Of a stretch of DNA of 64,000 bases, positions 1-11,273 are shown piece after piece (positions within the stretch are counted from its first letter, which is position 1; each line of letters opens with the position of its first letter). A program made the position numbers and the translations under genes. The notes under the pieces are model-generated. The model ran no database searches. It was given only the letters and a program-made list of their open reading frames with translations, and was not told the origin of the DNA. The DNA comes from a virus (lineage: Duplodnaviria > Heunggongvirae > Uroviricota > Caudoviricetes), in the IMG/VR virus record IMGVR_UViG_3300045988_141797; one strand, written 5' to 3'.

Positions 1-2915
1 CATGACTTGCCGTTAATCTGATGTCTGCAGAACCATCAAAAGCCACTCCACTTATTTTTCTGGCAGTTTTTAACTTTGTCGCTGTAGCTGCATTACCACT
101 TGTATTTTGATTTCCGGCAATATTAACGCCCGGAAGATTGATGTTTGCTGTACCATCAAACGAAACCCCGCCGATTGTGCGTGCCGTCTGAAGTTTCGTT
201 GCAGTTGCAGCATTGCCGGTAGTGCTCTGATTACCTGTTTTATTCACGCCCGGCAGGTCGATATTTGCGGTGCCATTAAATGAAACACCACCAATAGTTC
301 TTGCCGTTAGTAATTTCGTTGCAGACGCCGCGTTCCCAGTTGTGTTCTGGTTGCCCGTGGTATTTACACCAGGGATGGAATCTTTCGATGTGTAGACCTG
401 CGCCCACTCAGACCAACTGGCTGTATCAGCATCTCGTCGTGAACGTACATGTACAGGCGCATGAGCACCACTTGTACCGCTCCAACCTATGAACAACTCG
501 CCTTCACCAGCGGCAGCTGCGCCCTTAAGATGAAGCACATTCCCGTAAGCAGAAGGATAGCCGTTGTTGTACGCCTCATACATCTGCAATCCAGTAGTAG
601 CACCTTGCGTTGTACTGGTGAGCGCAGTAACACGCCCTCTGGACGTAATTGTTGGTATCGAAATGTTCGCAGAACCATCAAACTTAACACCGTTGATTGT
701 GCGGGCTGTTTGCAGTTTTGTAGCGGTTGCAGCATTACCTGTTGTGTTCTGGTTACCAGCAATGTTCACACCCGGCAGGTTGATATTGGCAGTGCCATCA
801 AATGCCACCCCGCCGATTGTTCTTGCCGTCTGAAGTTTCGTTGCGGTTGCAGCATTGCCGGTAGTGCTCTGATTACCCGTTTTATTCACGCCAGGCAGGT
901 CGATATTGGCGCTGCCATCAAATGACACTCCGCCGATTGTGCGTGCCGTCTGAAGTTTCGTTGCGGTTGCAGCATTACCTGTTGTGTTCTGGTTACCAGC
1001 AATGTTCACACCCGGCAGGTTGATATTGGCAGTGCCATCAAATGCCACCCCGCCGATTGTTCTTGCCGTCTGAAGTTTCGTTGCGGTTGCAGCATTGCCG
1101 GTAGTGCTCTGATTACCCGTTTTATTCACGCCAGGCAGGTCGATATTGGCGCTGCCATCAAATGACACTCCGCCGATCGTTCGAGCTGTCTTGAGCTTTG
1201 TGGCAGTATCTGCGTTTCCCGTCAAATTACCAGTAATACCACCGCCAACTTTTACGCCGTTACCGATGGACACCAACCCAGTTCTTAAGTTTATAGAAAA
1301 TGGTCTTAATGGCCCGATGTCACCATTTTCACCCTCCCCTTCATTTGTCGGGATAAGATGAAGATATTCCTCGGATCTCCTGAAGATAAGGCCAAAGTCC
1401 TGGTTAAATATTCGAAGGGCATTTATTGTGCCAATTTTTAGCTGCCCCCCCATTGTGTCGCCAGAACGCTGAACTGCGTTACCAGCTTGAGAAGCAATAT
1501 CCGTTAAGCCAAGATCTTCAGGGGTCAGAGTAATATCTGCCGACCCATCAAATGCCACACCGTTAATCTTTCTGGCTGTTTTTAATTTCGTCGCAGTATC
1601 GGCGTTCCCGGTCAGCGTACCAGTGATCCCCGCGCTGAAAGTCTGGCGTGCACTCCAGGTATTAGCTGTGCTCAACAGGGGGAGCTTTTCTCCGCTGGTT
1701 CCGAGTTCTCTTAAACCAAGGTATTGGATAACAGCCAGTGTGCTTGTTTTAGCAAGAATATCGCGACCGACTGACGTTAAATCAGTCTGGGCTACAGTGT
1801 CTGTTCCGGTAAAGTACGGTAATTTATTTGCCCCCGTCGCCAGGCCAGCGAGCGCGGTTAAGGTTGCGTCGAGAGGCTGCTTACCTGCCAGGGCATTTGT
1901 CATTGTAGTCGCAAAGTTCGGGTCATTGCCCAGCGCCGCAGCAAGCTCATTAAGAGTATCAAGAGCTTCTGGTGATGAGCCGACCAATGCAGAAATAGCG
2001 GCACGAACATAAGCGGTTGTTGCAATCTGAGTGTTGTTCGTACCTTGTGACGCCGTAGGAGCTGTTGGAACCCCCGTAAATGCCGGGCTTAATAACGGCG
2101 CTTTAAGAGCTAAAGCATCATTAATCGTCTGGCTAAACTGGGGATCATTGTTTATTGCATCTGCAATTTTTTTCAGCGTATCCAACGCTGAAGGAGAACC
2201 ATCAATAAGTGCGGTTATAGCGGCCTGAACAAAGGCAGCGTTTGCGATTTGTGTACTGTTTGTACCTTGTTCCGGAGTTGGAGATGTAGGGATACCTATA
2301 AATTCCGGGCTATCAACCGGAGCTTTAAGTTTATTTAACGTGCTGATAGCAAGGGGGGTTGCAGCTTTATATTCTTCGTCACTATCCAAAGCACTGGAGA
2401 ACTCAACACCTACAGCACGATTAGCGCGATATTTAGTGCTAATCATATCTGCGGTAACGGCTTGAGCATTGTCAGGCACGATCACTCGGCATAGCTCAAT
2501 CTGGTTAGATGCTATGCCCTCATCAACGAGAGCTATAATTCTCGCTGCGCTAATATCCGATGAACTATCTACCTGGCTGGTTTTCACTCCATGTTCGTAA
2601 TTAGCTTCAAGAACGATGATTGTCGTTACACCTGCTTCTACAGGAACAACAACATCACTGACTTGCTGCACGGATATCTGACATTTACCCACGTCAACTG
2701 AAGCCGCCCCTCTTCCCTCTGTTTTCTCGGATGTAATCCGCACAAACAGGCCATCCCCTGGCACCGGTTCAAACCCACAGTACACACCGGGCAGAACGAT
2801 ATTTTTCATCTTCCTGTTTAGAGCTTCGGTGCTATACAGCTCAAAGTATTGCATGTCTGCAATTAGTGGAGCGGAAATGTCCGAAGATAAGGTGACAATG
2901 TTCTTTACTTTATCT
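1..2915 (-). CDS. side tail fibre protein, mosaic, 3' end beyond window
   Basis: ATG at 2915 with GAGGG RBS; continuous minus-strand frame to position 1; N-terminal part has lambda Stf-like segments (IPTSPTPEQGTNSTQIANAAF, ALGNDPNFATTMTNALAGKQP); distal part carries tandem fibre repeats (TGNAATATKLQTARTIGGVSFDG) and an EEYLHLIPTNEG block seen in Mu/P1/P2-type fibres. Confidence 0.8.
30..1250. repeat. about 120-bp periodic coding repeats inside the tail fibre gene, including two near-identical 240-bp units
   Basis: direct comparison: about 723-937 is identical to about 963-1177; flanking units are diverged copies. Confidence 0.85.
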
Positions 2916-2925
2916 GCGCACATAA

Positions 2926-3372
2926 TTATCCCTCGACCTGTTCAATGGTCATGAGCAAGCTGTATCGCTTACCTTTGAATAAGGTGTCCTGTTGAGTACA
3001 AACAACCCCAAAAGCCTGATCCTCTGCATCTACGAGAACCAGCGTATTGAAATCGTAAGGTGTATCGTCCGGCATCGTTTCTTGTGGAAAAGCGGCATTA
3101 ATCGTAATGACACCATCGAGGCTGGAAAGAATGAGATTGGATTCAGCAAAATGCTGTGCATCACTTAACTTGAAGTCGAGCGGAATATCAGAAATAGTCC
3201 AGCCACCAGCACTATTTACCGTCACAAGATCGGACTTGCACCAATAAGCCTTTGTCATAACAAAACGCTCACCTCTGCCGATTGCAGACTCTGCACGGCG
3301 AGAGTAGTAGTAAGAAAGGAGTTGCGCCTTGTAAATACTGGAATCGCTTTGGGATTTTAAAGTTTCAGCCAT
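2926..3372 (-). CDS. tail/baseplate-associated protein, hypothetical
   Basis: 148-aa ORF directly upstream of and overlapping-coupled to the fibre gene. Confidence 0.4.
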   Translation of the reverse strand: MAETLKSQSDSSIYKAQLLSYYYSRRAESAIGRGERFVMTKAYWCKSDLVTVNSAGGWTISDIPLDFKLSDAQHFAESNLILSSLDGVITINAAFPQETMPDDTPYDFNTLVLVDAEDQAFGVVCTQQDTLFKGKRYSLLMTIEQVEG

Positions 3373-3488
3373 ACGAACATAGCCCCTTTAACAAGCAATA
3401 AATCGAAGGGCAGTATGTTCAGTTTGTGATTTCCAGTGGTCTTTTGTTTTGAGAAATGGCCCCACCCAGGTTGGCGGGGCCTGGTTTG

Positions 3489-4331
3489 CTAAGGTGCAAA
3501 ATTATAATCCAGCGCCCAGGCGTCGAGCGGGAGTTCATCGAGATGAAGCACTCTTTCCGTCGTCCGGTCTGGCCTTCCTGCGAACTGGATGCCGCCTATT
3601 TGAATGATCGTATCGCTAATAGATAGCTCATCGACCATCTCTTGCGTCGTGTACACCCCCTCAATAAAGGACACTTCCGCAGATAAGCAATTCAGGATCT
3701 CCGCCATTTCCGGCAATGTTGCGCTTAACTGGAAAGAAACACCATCAAACACGATATGCAATGGCAATAGCGGCGCTATAACCGTATCAAAATCAGCAAG
3801 TAGCTTCTGTACAGCAACGTCTCGGTCATCGCTATCATAAGCTCGATACAGCTTATTTTGGTTGACGACAACCAGCCCTCTGGATGTCAGGAAAAACTCA
3901 CCATATTGTGCCTGAGCGGTCGGTATTTCATTTGCGGTCGCGAAGAATGAACCATAGGGATGTTTTTCTGTATCGACAGGCGCATACAAAGGTTCCCATG
4001 AGACGGGGATTGTGCCAAATTCACGCCAGAACGTTTGCTCTATCGGCCTTACTGTTCCTTTGAAGTGCACCTCATCCAGTCGTTGAGCTAATAGCATTGG
4101 CCTGCGTGTTTTGTCCGTTTCTGTGATAACAAAGAAACGACCATATTCAGCAATGCGAGTGTCCATATCCTCCCTTGCCATTGTGAAAAACGATTTACGG
4201 TTGCTTATTCGCGTGAGAATAGGTTCAACCGATTCATTCCACACGTCCTGAATCGTATCAACAAAGGCGGCCCACAATTTAGAATCCTGTTTAAATTGCG
4301 TCAGACGCTCTTTTAGCCAGTTATTCTGCAT
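3489..4331 (-). CDS. putative baseplate/tail protein
   Basis: 280-aa ORF within the baseplate gene string; position only. Confidence 0.35.
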   Translation of the reverse strand: MQNNWLKERLTQFKQDSKLWAAFVDTIQDVWNESVEPILTRISNRKSFFTMAREDMDTRIAEYGRFFVITETDKTRRPMLLAQRLDEVHFKGTVRPIEQTFWREFGTIPVSWEPLYAPVDTEKHPYGSFFATANEIPTAQAQYGEFFLTSRGLVVVNQNKLYRAYDSDDRDVAVQKLLADFDTVIAPLLPLHIVFDGVSFQLSATLPEMAEILNCLSAEVSFIEGVYTTQEMVDELSISDTIIQIGGIQFAGRPDRTTERVLHLDELPLDAWALDYNFAP

Positions 4332-4340
4332 TGTGACCTC

Positions 4341-5771
4341 TTACGGATAGGTTATGCTGAACGTTGATGATTCCACGTCCAGATAAACAAAATCATTAAA
4401 GTACACAGCTTCTTTCATGTTCTGCGTAGCCACGTCATAAGACAGGAACATATCCAGCGATTCGATTACTCGCCAGATATCTTTTACTTTGACCTGTGCA
4501 TAACATTGCTGTGAATCGTCATCACTCTGCAATAGCTGGCTAAATGACATGGAGTCTTTACCGAAGTTCTCCTCCAGTGCCGCTTTAATTGCAGTTAGCG
4601 CGTCATCCACCAGCACACTCTTTTTTACGATACCGGTAAATTTGATGTTGAACGGCTGTTCATTGGTGGCGACGTATTCGAACTTCTTATTCAGCTCATT
4701 AGGGATACTCTCAAGGGCTGATAATATCTCTGTTTTCAGAGCTTCCTGTGTTACGCCGGGCTTGTGCCCACAAAAGAAAATTTTGTTGATATTACGCACA
4801 TCAAAGCCCGTGATTTTCTCCTGTAGCGCCTCCCCCCACACGTTAAGCCATGACGTGCCACTGACCACGTTCTGAATGAACTGGCGGTAATCACCGCCCC
4901 AAACAACCTGCTCATCGTAGGCCACATAATACTGCGCCCTGTTTCGGGTTTCCTCGGTAGTTTCCATGCCACCACCGCCAGAAATGATCGAATCGGTTTT
5001 TACTTCCAGTGATTCGACATACCCGGAGATGTTCCCTGCTGGTTCAAGTTTCTGGCCTTCAGCCAGCGTGTAATCACCGAGGCTTGCCATAATATCAATG
5101 CGTACCTGACTCCCTGCCGCTGGCATCATCCCCATTGATCCATCACCGAAGCGCACGCCGATCTGTTCTGTCGGCTTATAAACCAACACATAATGTTTAC
5201 TGTTATCCCTGGACATGCGGAACAGGGGGTTATGTGTCCATTTTTCCTCGACACCATTAGTTATCACGACAACTTCCAGGCTGGCGACTTCTGCTGTTAA
5301 CTCACGGGAAAGTAACAGCGTCAAGAATGGTGTTTCTTGCACCACGTCGAACGTTACGCTGACTGCTTCATGCTGTTTTACTTCTATGCCGGGTACTGTT
5401 TCACCAGCAGGGATAACAACACTACTGCTGGTTGCAATTGGTGTCTGGTCACTTGTCAGTAATTCAGCCCCTCCGGGTAGAGTAATATCCCTGTCGGTTT
5501 TGTTGGTGATGGAAACAGTGCCGTATGACGCATCGACCAAACGACCGACATAGCCACGGTCTTCCGCTGCCGCGAGAATACTTGCTCTACGCGTCGCGGT
5601 GGAAATGAATCCTTCTGTAAGTGCACGGCTTGCAAATGTACGCGCAATATAAACAATCTGCGCGCCCAAAACGGACTGCATTTGAATAAACTGGCTGTTT
5701 ACAAATCGCGCCCACCAGGGGTTTTCGTTCAGCTTGGCATTAAACTTGTCCAGTAATTCGGTAATACTCAC
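4341..5771 (-). CDS. putative baseplate protein (J-like)
   Basis: 476-aa ORF, stop/start overlap with the gp25-like gene; size and position typical of baseplate J. Confidence 0.4.
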   Translation of the reverse strand: MSITELLDKFNAKLNENPWWARFVNSQFIQMQSVLGAQIVYIARTFASRALTEGFISTATRRASILAAAEDRGYVGRLVDASYGTVSITNKTDRDITLPGGAELLTSDQTPIATSSSVVIPAGETVPGIEVKQHEAVSVTFDVVQETPFLTLLLSRELTAEVASLEVVVITNGVEEKWTHNPLFRMSRDNSKHYVLVYKPTEQIGVRFGDGSMGMMPAAGSQVRIDIMASLGDYTLAEGQKLEPAGNISGYVESLEVKTDSIISGGGGMETTEETRNRAQYYVAYDEQVVWGGDYRQFIQNVVSGTSWLNVWGEALQEKITGFDVRNINKIFFCGHKPGVTQEALKTEILSALESIPNELNKKFEYVATNEQPFNIKFTGIVKKSVLVDDALTAIKAALEENFGKDSMSFSQLLQSDDDSQQCYAQVKVKDIWRVIESLDMFLSYDVATQNMKEAVYFNDFVYLDVESSTFSITYP

Positions 5772-6142
5772 GCTGTATCTCCGCTATCTTTCTGCATAAC
5801 AACATTCACGGTGCCTCCTTTTGCCTGGAAGCTAATTAGTAACTGGTCTTCAGAGACAGTCGCGCAGCGGATCGCCTGGAGTCCAAGCCCTGGTAAGTCC
5901 TGCTGTAGCTTCGTCATCATTCGCGCTTCAATCGCCACTTCAACAATGTGTGACGTATCAGAACCGAAGGATTCGTGTTTGAACTCCTCCATCGGATTCC
6001 CCCATGACGGCAATCCGTAAACGCTGCCATTTGGTGTCCGTAGCCATTCATCGAGTCGGGCTATCCAGGCGTTTGTGTCGCCTTCAGCGATTACCACCCC
6101 GCTCTCGTTTGTCTGAAGGCGGGCATCAATCTCATAAAGCAT
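5768..6142 (-). CDS. putative baseplate wedge protein (gp25/W-like)
   Basis: 124 aa, size and position typical of GPW/gp25 family. Confidence 0.35.
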   Translation of the reverse strand: MLYEIDARLQTNESGVVIAEGDTNAWIARLDEWLRTPNGSVYGLPSWGNPMEEFKHESFGSDTSHIVEVAIEARMMTKLQQDLPGLGLQAIRCATVSEDQLLISFQAKGGTVNVVMQKDSGDTA

Positions 6143-6147
6143 CGGTC

Positions 6148-9100
6148 TTAATCCTCCAGTAATTTGTCAAGAGATGGGTCATTGATAGTCGTGCTGGCAC
6201 GCTGACGAGGTTGTGGTTGTGATGTGTTCACAACTTTGTCCTGATCGCCTTTGCGGTTGTCTTTGCTTACGCCAAGAATCTCTTTAAGAACGGAATAAAC
6301 GTTCTCCAGTGCTTTCAACATAGCCGGATCGTTATTTGCGGTATCTGTTGTTAGCATCTGCCTTATTCCGCTTCGTGCGAGGTCCGTGACGATTGGTAGC
6401 TGCGGAGGCATTGCAAGGAACGGTTCTTTAGCAGCCACGCCCGAAGCAAACAGGCTTTGATTGATTGCGCCAGTTGTGTCCCTGATCGTATCCGCCGTTT
6501 TCTGTATGCCACCATTCAGCCAACCGCCAACACTCCTTGTTAACGGACTAATAGCGCGAGCAACATCGGTATTCTGTCCAGAGGACTGCAATACAAAGTC
6601 ATTTAACATTCCGGTGCTATCAATACCGCCCACAAGTCGCGAGAGGTTATCTCCAACGGCGGGGAGGACGGCGGAGCCTACCTGGTTAAGCCCTGACACA
6701 GTTGAATCAAATAGCGAGCCAAAGAAGCCCCTGTCCTCACCTTCAACCACCTTGTAGCCGTTGTCGTACATCTGCACACCCGCCGGTGTCGATGTGGCAC
6801 GCTTCTCGCTGATGGTTGCCGGACTCTCCGGAAGCAGGCCAATGGTTTCTGTATCGCGGTTAACGTTGCGCTTTTGCTGTATAGCCGTAGTGATATCGGC
6901 GATCTGTTCCGCCTTCTGGAAACTAAAGTTTTTGCCCGTTGCTCTGGATATTTTTTCAACAAGAAACTTATCCAATTGCTTGGCTTTTGCTGCTAACGAG
7001 GACATCTCTTCCGGAGAACTGACAGGGCCGAGATTTAGCCCCATATTGGGATCTCCCCCAACTATCCCGGCGATGACGCCCCCAACACCGTCTGCACTCA
7101 TTAACCGCTCCGTCAATCCGGCTGCGGCGGAAGAATTGCCACTAGCTTTCGCGTGGCTGATCGCTTGGGCATTTTCCTGTTGAGCTGCCTTCGGTTTTTT
7201 AGCTGCCTGTGCGTGTTGAACCACGTCAGTAGGGCTAGGCATTACAGCCTGGGCTACGCTTGACGCAGGAATAGCAGAAGATGAGCCGTTGGCGTATTTG
7301 ACTTTGCTACCGACACTATATTGGGAGTTGCGAGCGATTAGAGGACCGCCCTTTTCCTTCTGGATTTTATTAATGTGTTCCAGCGTTTCATCATTGAATT
7401 GCCCTTCCCAACGCCCAGTTTTAGCGTTGAATGAACCAAGAGCTGTTTTGATGAAATTGTTGTTAACCGCCGGGTTACCCCCCTCCTTCGTCGCAATAGC
7501 GCGAACAAGGTGCGTCATAACTTCAGGGTTGCTAACGTCTATTTTATCGTTGGGGGATACCCCTAGATATTTGCTGACGTTTTCAATGTACTGATTGGTG
7601 TTGTTCTCTGTTGGTGGTGCCCATTTTGAAATGATGCTGGATACTGTTTGCAGCTTCTGATACCCAGCGGCAGCACTTGTACCGTTGTAATAACTCGATA
7701 CCTGGTTTGCCAATGCCCGAATCCCTTCTTCGGGCGTATTAAACCGCGCAAAACGCTGTTCGCCTTTCGCGTTCGGCGCTTCCAGTACCGCCCCCTCCTG
7801 ATTTGCAAAAACCAGGTTCCCCAGGTTGTTATTCCGGTAATTCCTGTTCTTGGCGTTGCTTCCGCCTATATTCAGATCAGTCGTTATTGTATTTTTTTCA
7901 GGCGCTTTAAATTCGTCTGGCGATTTGTAGCCGTGTTCACCCACGCCATCCTCACCTCTGCGCCCGCCCTGTAGCTGTCGGGCCAGATCATTAATTGCGG
8001 CTACCGTTTGCTTGGTGCCATCTTCAACGGCTTTCTTAACCTGCGCAGTGCCTTCGCTGCTTGATGAGAACGATTCTTTTAGGCTGCTGAATGCGTTCTT
8101 CGACGCGTCGATAGAACTATTTATGCCGCGAGCAATATTGCTGGTATCAAGACTCTGAAGTTTTTGTCCGACACCTTCAAAGCCTAGCGCGGACATCCCC
8201 TCGCCAATGAGGTTAGCCGCTCCCGTCACCAGACCGCCCATATCCAGGACGTTAGCAGCGGCGTAGGCGCTCTTTTGCTGTGTTGTAACGTCCTGCCCTT
8301 CCTTCAGGTTATAAGTCGCCCTCTGCGCTTCTGTGTCGCTGTAGCCGTCTACGGCATCATAACCAACCATAGCCACCTGGCCGATGACTGGAATCGCCCT
8401 GAATCCGGCCCTTGCGGCAACACCTCCGGCAGCTTTGAGAGCCACTTTTCCAGCTTCTTTTTTCGCGATGTTTTCACCAGTGGCAACGGCAACCTTACCC
8501 GCCTCTTTCCTGGTAAGGCTTTCCCCAGCGGAAGTTGCCGCTTTACCAGCGTCTTTCCCTGCCGCTCCACCAGCCGCCGTTTTGGCTACGCTTTCTTGAG
8601 TGACCTTACCTGCTCTGGTTTTAACTGAAGATTTATCACCCGATGATTTTGGTGAGGTACTACCCTCGTTCCCACCAGCATTTTTTGTCCGATTTTTTTC
8701 CTCGCCCGCACTGTTGTTTTTGCCTGGCTGATTTTTTTTCCCCTCTTTGCCTTCCTGACTCCTGCCCGTCTCAGTAGGTTTGCTGGTGTTTTTTCCCTTC
8801 TTGCCCTTGTTTTCTTTACTGTCTCCAGTGCGGCCCGTGTTGCCACCACGTGCACTGCTACGACCGCGTGTAGGGGATATTTTGGTACGTAATCTGCCAC
8901 CGCCGAGGAGGTCGCTCAGTTTTAGCCCACTCTCCTGGGACTTTCTTAGCTTCCGGATCTCTTCGGATACAGTTTCCAGCTCATCAATTATCTGGCTGTC
9001 GTTGCGTTGAAGAACTTTCGTTTGTTCTTCGATCGCACGCACAGATTTTTCTTTAACGGCTTCAGTAAATGCCTTTGCTGAACCGGGCGCGTTATCTGGA

Positions 9101-10011
9101 GTCTTCCTTTCATTGTCAGGTGCCGGGTAAGTAATGGCGGGGGCTTTTGCGACCACCGGTGCGCCAGCCGCCTTGTCGTTGCCATTATCTATCCATTCTT
9201 TCAATGATTTAGCCTTACCAGTAATCTCGCGGCTGATATCAAATACGCCCCGTGCTGCCATCCATAGTGGACCACCAGCCCCTACCCCGGCAGCATCGGT
9301 TACAGCTCCATCGTCGGCTTTCCCTGAACCATCAACCCCCATAATGGAACCGAGTTTTCGCAGGAACCCAACCTGTAGTTTTGCCTGTGCGCGTAGCTCA
9401 TTCTGGCGTGCGAGATCCTCGTTTTTTTTCTGAGAGGCAAATCGTCCGTTGCTATCCCGTAACGGTGCACCAGCGATGCTCTGGTTTTCTCTAACTGGTT
9501 GTTCTTGCCTTGCAGGCTGAATGTCAGGAGTGAGCGATTGAATGCGCTCAGGTGATGACTTCGTGGCTTTGCCTTCAGCCAGCGGTGCTGTTTTTGATTC
9601 CGAATGAGCGGTGCGGTGATCTGCTGCTGCTTTTTGCGGATTATCTATCTCGCTAGTGTTGTTTATACGTAATCTCTGTTTCCTGGTAGGGAGCCGGTCT
9701 TTATACGGCCCCTGTGTGAAACTGTTGCGTTGCGCCCCTGCTTTCCCTGTTCGGGCCAGGCGACGACTTACGCGTCCTTGTGGTGCGTCGCTGGTATCAG
9801 GATTGCGTCCGTAAGACTCAAGTGCTTTTTTTATTTCTGAAAGCGCAGCTAGCTCTTTCGCGTTTGCCGTTTGTATTGCGTCGATTATCGCTATTCGGTC
9901 TTTTTTATCGTTCAAAATAACCTCACTTACATCGGCGGTGATCACCCTGTTTTTTTGGCGTGGGCTTTGTATTTCTCTTCCAGTGCTTTTTCCATATGGA
10001 GTGCCCGCCAC
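6148..10011 (-). CDS. tape-measure / injection-type large tail protein
   Basis: 1287 aa; long K/G/A-rich low-complexity repeats (KEAGKVA); globular block NNLGNL...SKWAPPTENNTNQY of unknown enzymatic type. Confidence 0.45.
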   Translation of the reverse strand: MAGTPYGKSTGREIQSPRQKNRVITADVSEVILNDKKDRIAIIDAIQTANAKELAALSEIKKALESYGRNPDTSDAPQGRVSRRLARTGKAGAQRNSFTQGPYKDRLPTRKQRLRINNTSEIDNPQKAAADHRTAHSESKTAPLAEGKATKSSPERIQSLTPDIQPARQEQPVRENQSIAGAPLRDSNGRFASQKKNEDLARQNELRAQAKLQVGFLRKLGSIMGVDGSGKADDGAVTDAAGVGAGGPLWMAARGVFDISREITGKAKSLKEWIDNGNDKAAGAPVVAKAPAITYPAPDNERKTPDNAPGSAKAFTEAVKEKSVRAIEEQTKVLQRNDSQIIDELETVSEEIRKLRKSQESGLKLSDLLGGGRLRTKISPTRGRSSARGGNTGRTGDSKENKGKKGKNTSKPTETGRSQEGKEGKKNQPGKNNSAGEEKNRTKNAGGNEGSTSPKSSGDKSSVKTRAGKVTQESVAKTAAGGAAGKDAGKAATSAGESLTRKEAGKVAVATGENIAKKEAGKVALKAAGGVAARAGFRAIPVIGQVAMVGYDAVDGYSDTEAQRATYNLKEGQDVTTQQKSAYAAANVLDMGGLVTGAANLIGEGMSALGFEGVGQKLQSLDTSNIARGINSSIDASKNAFSSLKESFSSSSEGTAQVKKAVEDGTKQTVAAINDLARQLQGGRRGEDGVGEHGYKSPDEFKAPEKNTITTDLNIGGSNAKNRNYRNNNLGNLVFANQEGAVLEAPNAKGEQRFARFNTPEEGIRALANQVSSYYNGTSAAAGYQKLQTVSSIISKWAPPTENNTNQYIENVSKYLGVSPNDKIDVSNPEVMTHLVRAIATKEGGNPAVNNNFIKTALGSFNAKTGRWEGQFNDETLEHINKIQKEKGGPLIARNSQYSVGSKVKYANGSSSAIPASSVAQAVMPSPTDVVQHAQAAKKPKAAQQENAQAISHAKASGNSSAAAGLTERLMSADGVGGVIAGIVGGDPNMGLNLGPVSSPEEMSSLAAKAKQLDKFLVEKISRATGKNFSFQKAEQIADITTAIQQKRNVNRDTETIGLLPESPATISEKRATSTPAGVQMYDNGYKVVEGEDRGFFGSLFDSTVSGLNQVGSAVLPAVGDNLSRLVGGIDSTGMLNDFVLQSSGQNTDVARAISPLTRSVGGWLNGGIQKTADTIRDTTGAINQSLFASGVAAKEPFLAMPPQLPIVTDLARSGIRQMLTTDTANNDPAMLKALENVYSVLKEILGVSKDNRKGDQDKVVNTSQPQPRQRASTTINDPSLDKLLED

Positions 10012-10062
10012 TGCGGTAATTGTTCAACGTCACTAACTGGCTGGTAGCCGTATAACGTCAGG

Positions 10063-10887
10063 TTATTGATAATGGTTAGCCATCCATTCAGATCTAATTG
10101 ATGGGATAAATTCTCTATTGAGAAATGGGGCGTACAGCGTGGTAGTCACGTCTGCACCCTCCTTAGCGTTTTTGCAGCGTTGTGGCGGTAGGATCAGGCG
10201 GCTTGTGCCTCGTTCAATAGCCATTTTTAAGCCGTGGCGAAGGTCTTTCTGCATGAGCTGAATGCGAGCTACCAGAGGGGTAAACTCGGTTTCCAGAGCC
10301 ATGTTTTCAATGATATCGAATCGTCTGTTTGCAGCTTGTGTGAAGTCTTCTGGATCGTCGTTCAGAGATGTACACAAGGCCAACTCAGCTATGCGGAGAC
10401 GAGCAACCTCAGCACTGTACTCTGGAGTTTTCATATCAGGCAAAGTGGCGCGCATACGCTCAAGCAATTCAGCTCCTTTCCCTGTTAGTGGTTTAAGCGT
10501 CCACTCGGTTGGTACTCCGTTTATAGGGACCATAGTTTTAATAAACGGCGGGACAGTCAGGATTTCTACCGTTTCGGCAAGGTCTGAAAGGTTAATATCT
10601 GCGTGATGAACGTTTCCACAGTGACCACACTCGTATGAGTAAGTCATGACGGCATCAGGCCTGGAATTAACAAAGATCCACCAAAGCGCGGTTCTGCGAT
10701 CCTGAACTGTCCAGTTTGAGCTGTCGTTAATTTCGCCGTCTTGCATAGCATTGAGGTATTCTGTTGTGGTTGCCTCGTCTTCTGCCGGATTGATGTCTGA
10801 ATATTTCAGGGCATCTTTCACAGTAGGTGCATGAAACTGAATTTCTATTTCAGGCTGTGAAGGCAATGGGAATTTGGGAATGTTCAA
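10063..10887 (-). CDS. hypothetical tail-module protein
   Basis: 274-aa ORF immediately upstream of the tape-measure-like gene. Confidence 0.3.
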   Translation of the reverse strand: MNIPKFPLPSQPEIEIQFHAPTVKDALKYSDINPAEDEATTTEYLNAMQDGEINDSSNWTVQDRRTALWWIFVNSRPDAVMTYSYECGHCGNVHHADINLSDLAETVEILTVPPFIKTMVPINGVPTEWTLKPLTGKGAELLERMRATLPDMKTPEYSAEVARLRIAELALCTSLNDDPEDFTQAANRRFDIIENMALETEFTPLVARIQLMQKDLRHGLKMAIERGTSRLILPPQRCKNAKEGADVTTTLYAPFLNREFIPSIRSEWMANHYQ

Positions 10888-10929
10888 GGATTCCTCCGAA
10901 AGCTAGGTTCAGTTAGTTTTTCAGAGGAT

Positions 10930-11130
10930 AGGGAGTGTGTGATTTGTGGGAGTATTGAATAAGGATCTTTGTCGATCGAACAGCAACTATTGAGGGTGAT
11001 TTTTACACCTTAAGTGACGCAATTCACATATCCACAGAGTATTTTTATAAACCTTTTTCTCTTTTTAATCCTTTTTAGATCCTTTTTAGGCATCGCGGAG
11101 GCCAGGGGTGGCGGGGCTTGTAGAGGACCA
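10930..11130. other. putative plasmid-type replication origin region
   Basis: AT-rich, several GATC sites (gatctttgtcgatcgaac, tagatcc) and a DnaA-box-like ATATCCACA at about 11028-11036, directly upstream of the iterons. Confidence 0.45.
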
Positions 11131-11249
11131 AGGTGTAAGATTTGCCCTCAATTAAGCTATTGAGGTGTAAGATTTGCCCTCAGCAGGTGTAAGATTTGCC
11201 CTCAAAAGGTGTAGTAATTGCCCTCAAAGTGATGTAAAAATTGCCCTCA
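11131..11249 (+). repeat. five direct 20-bp iterons upstream of repA
   Basis: AGGTGTAAGATTTGCCCTCA at 11131, 11163, 11185 (exact), degenerate copies at 11207 and 11228; 22-bp spacing. Confidence 0.85.
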
Positions 11250-11273
11250 CCATTTGAAGGATCACACAGGGTT

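Noticed and set aside
301-1361. Plus-strand ORFs (63-158 aa) inside the tail-fibre repeat region
   Set aside because: They lie antisense within a continuous minus-strand fibre reading frame with clear fibre-family motifs; the repeat structure creates open frames on the opposite strand by chance.
6148-10011. Lytic transglycosylase or other muralytic domain in the 1287-aa tail protein
   Set aside because: I could not find a canonical SLT or lysozyme catalytic motif by eye; the conserved globular block is kept as unknown pending an HMM search.
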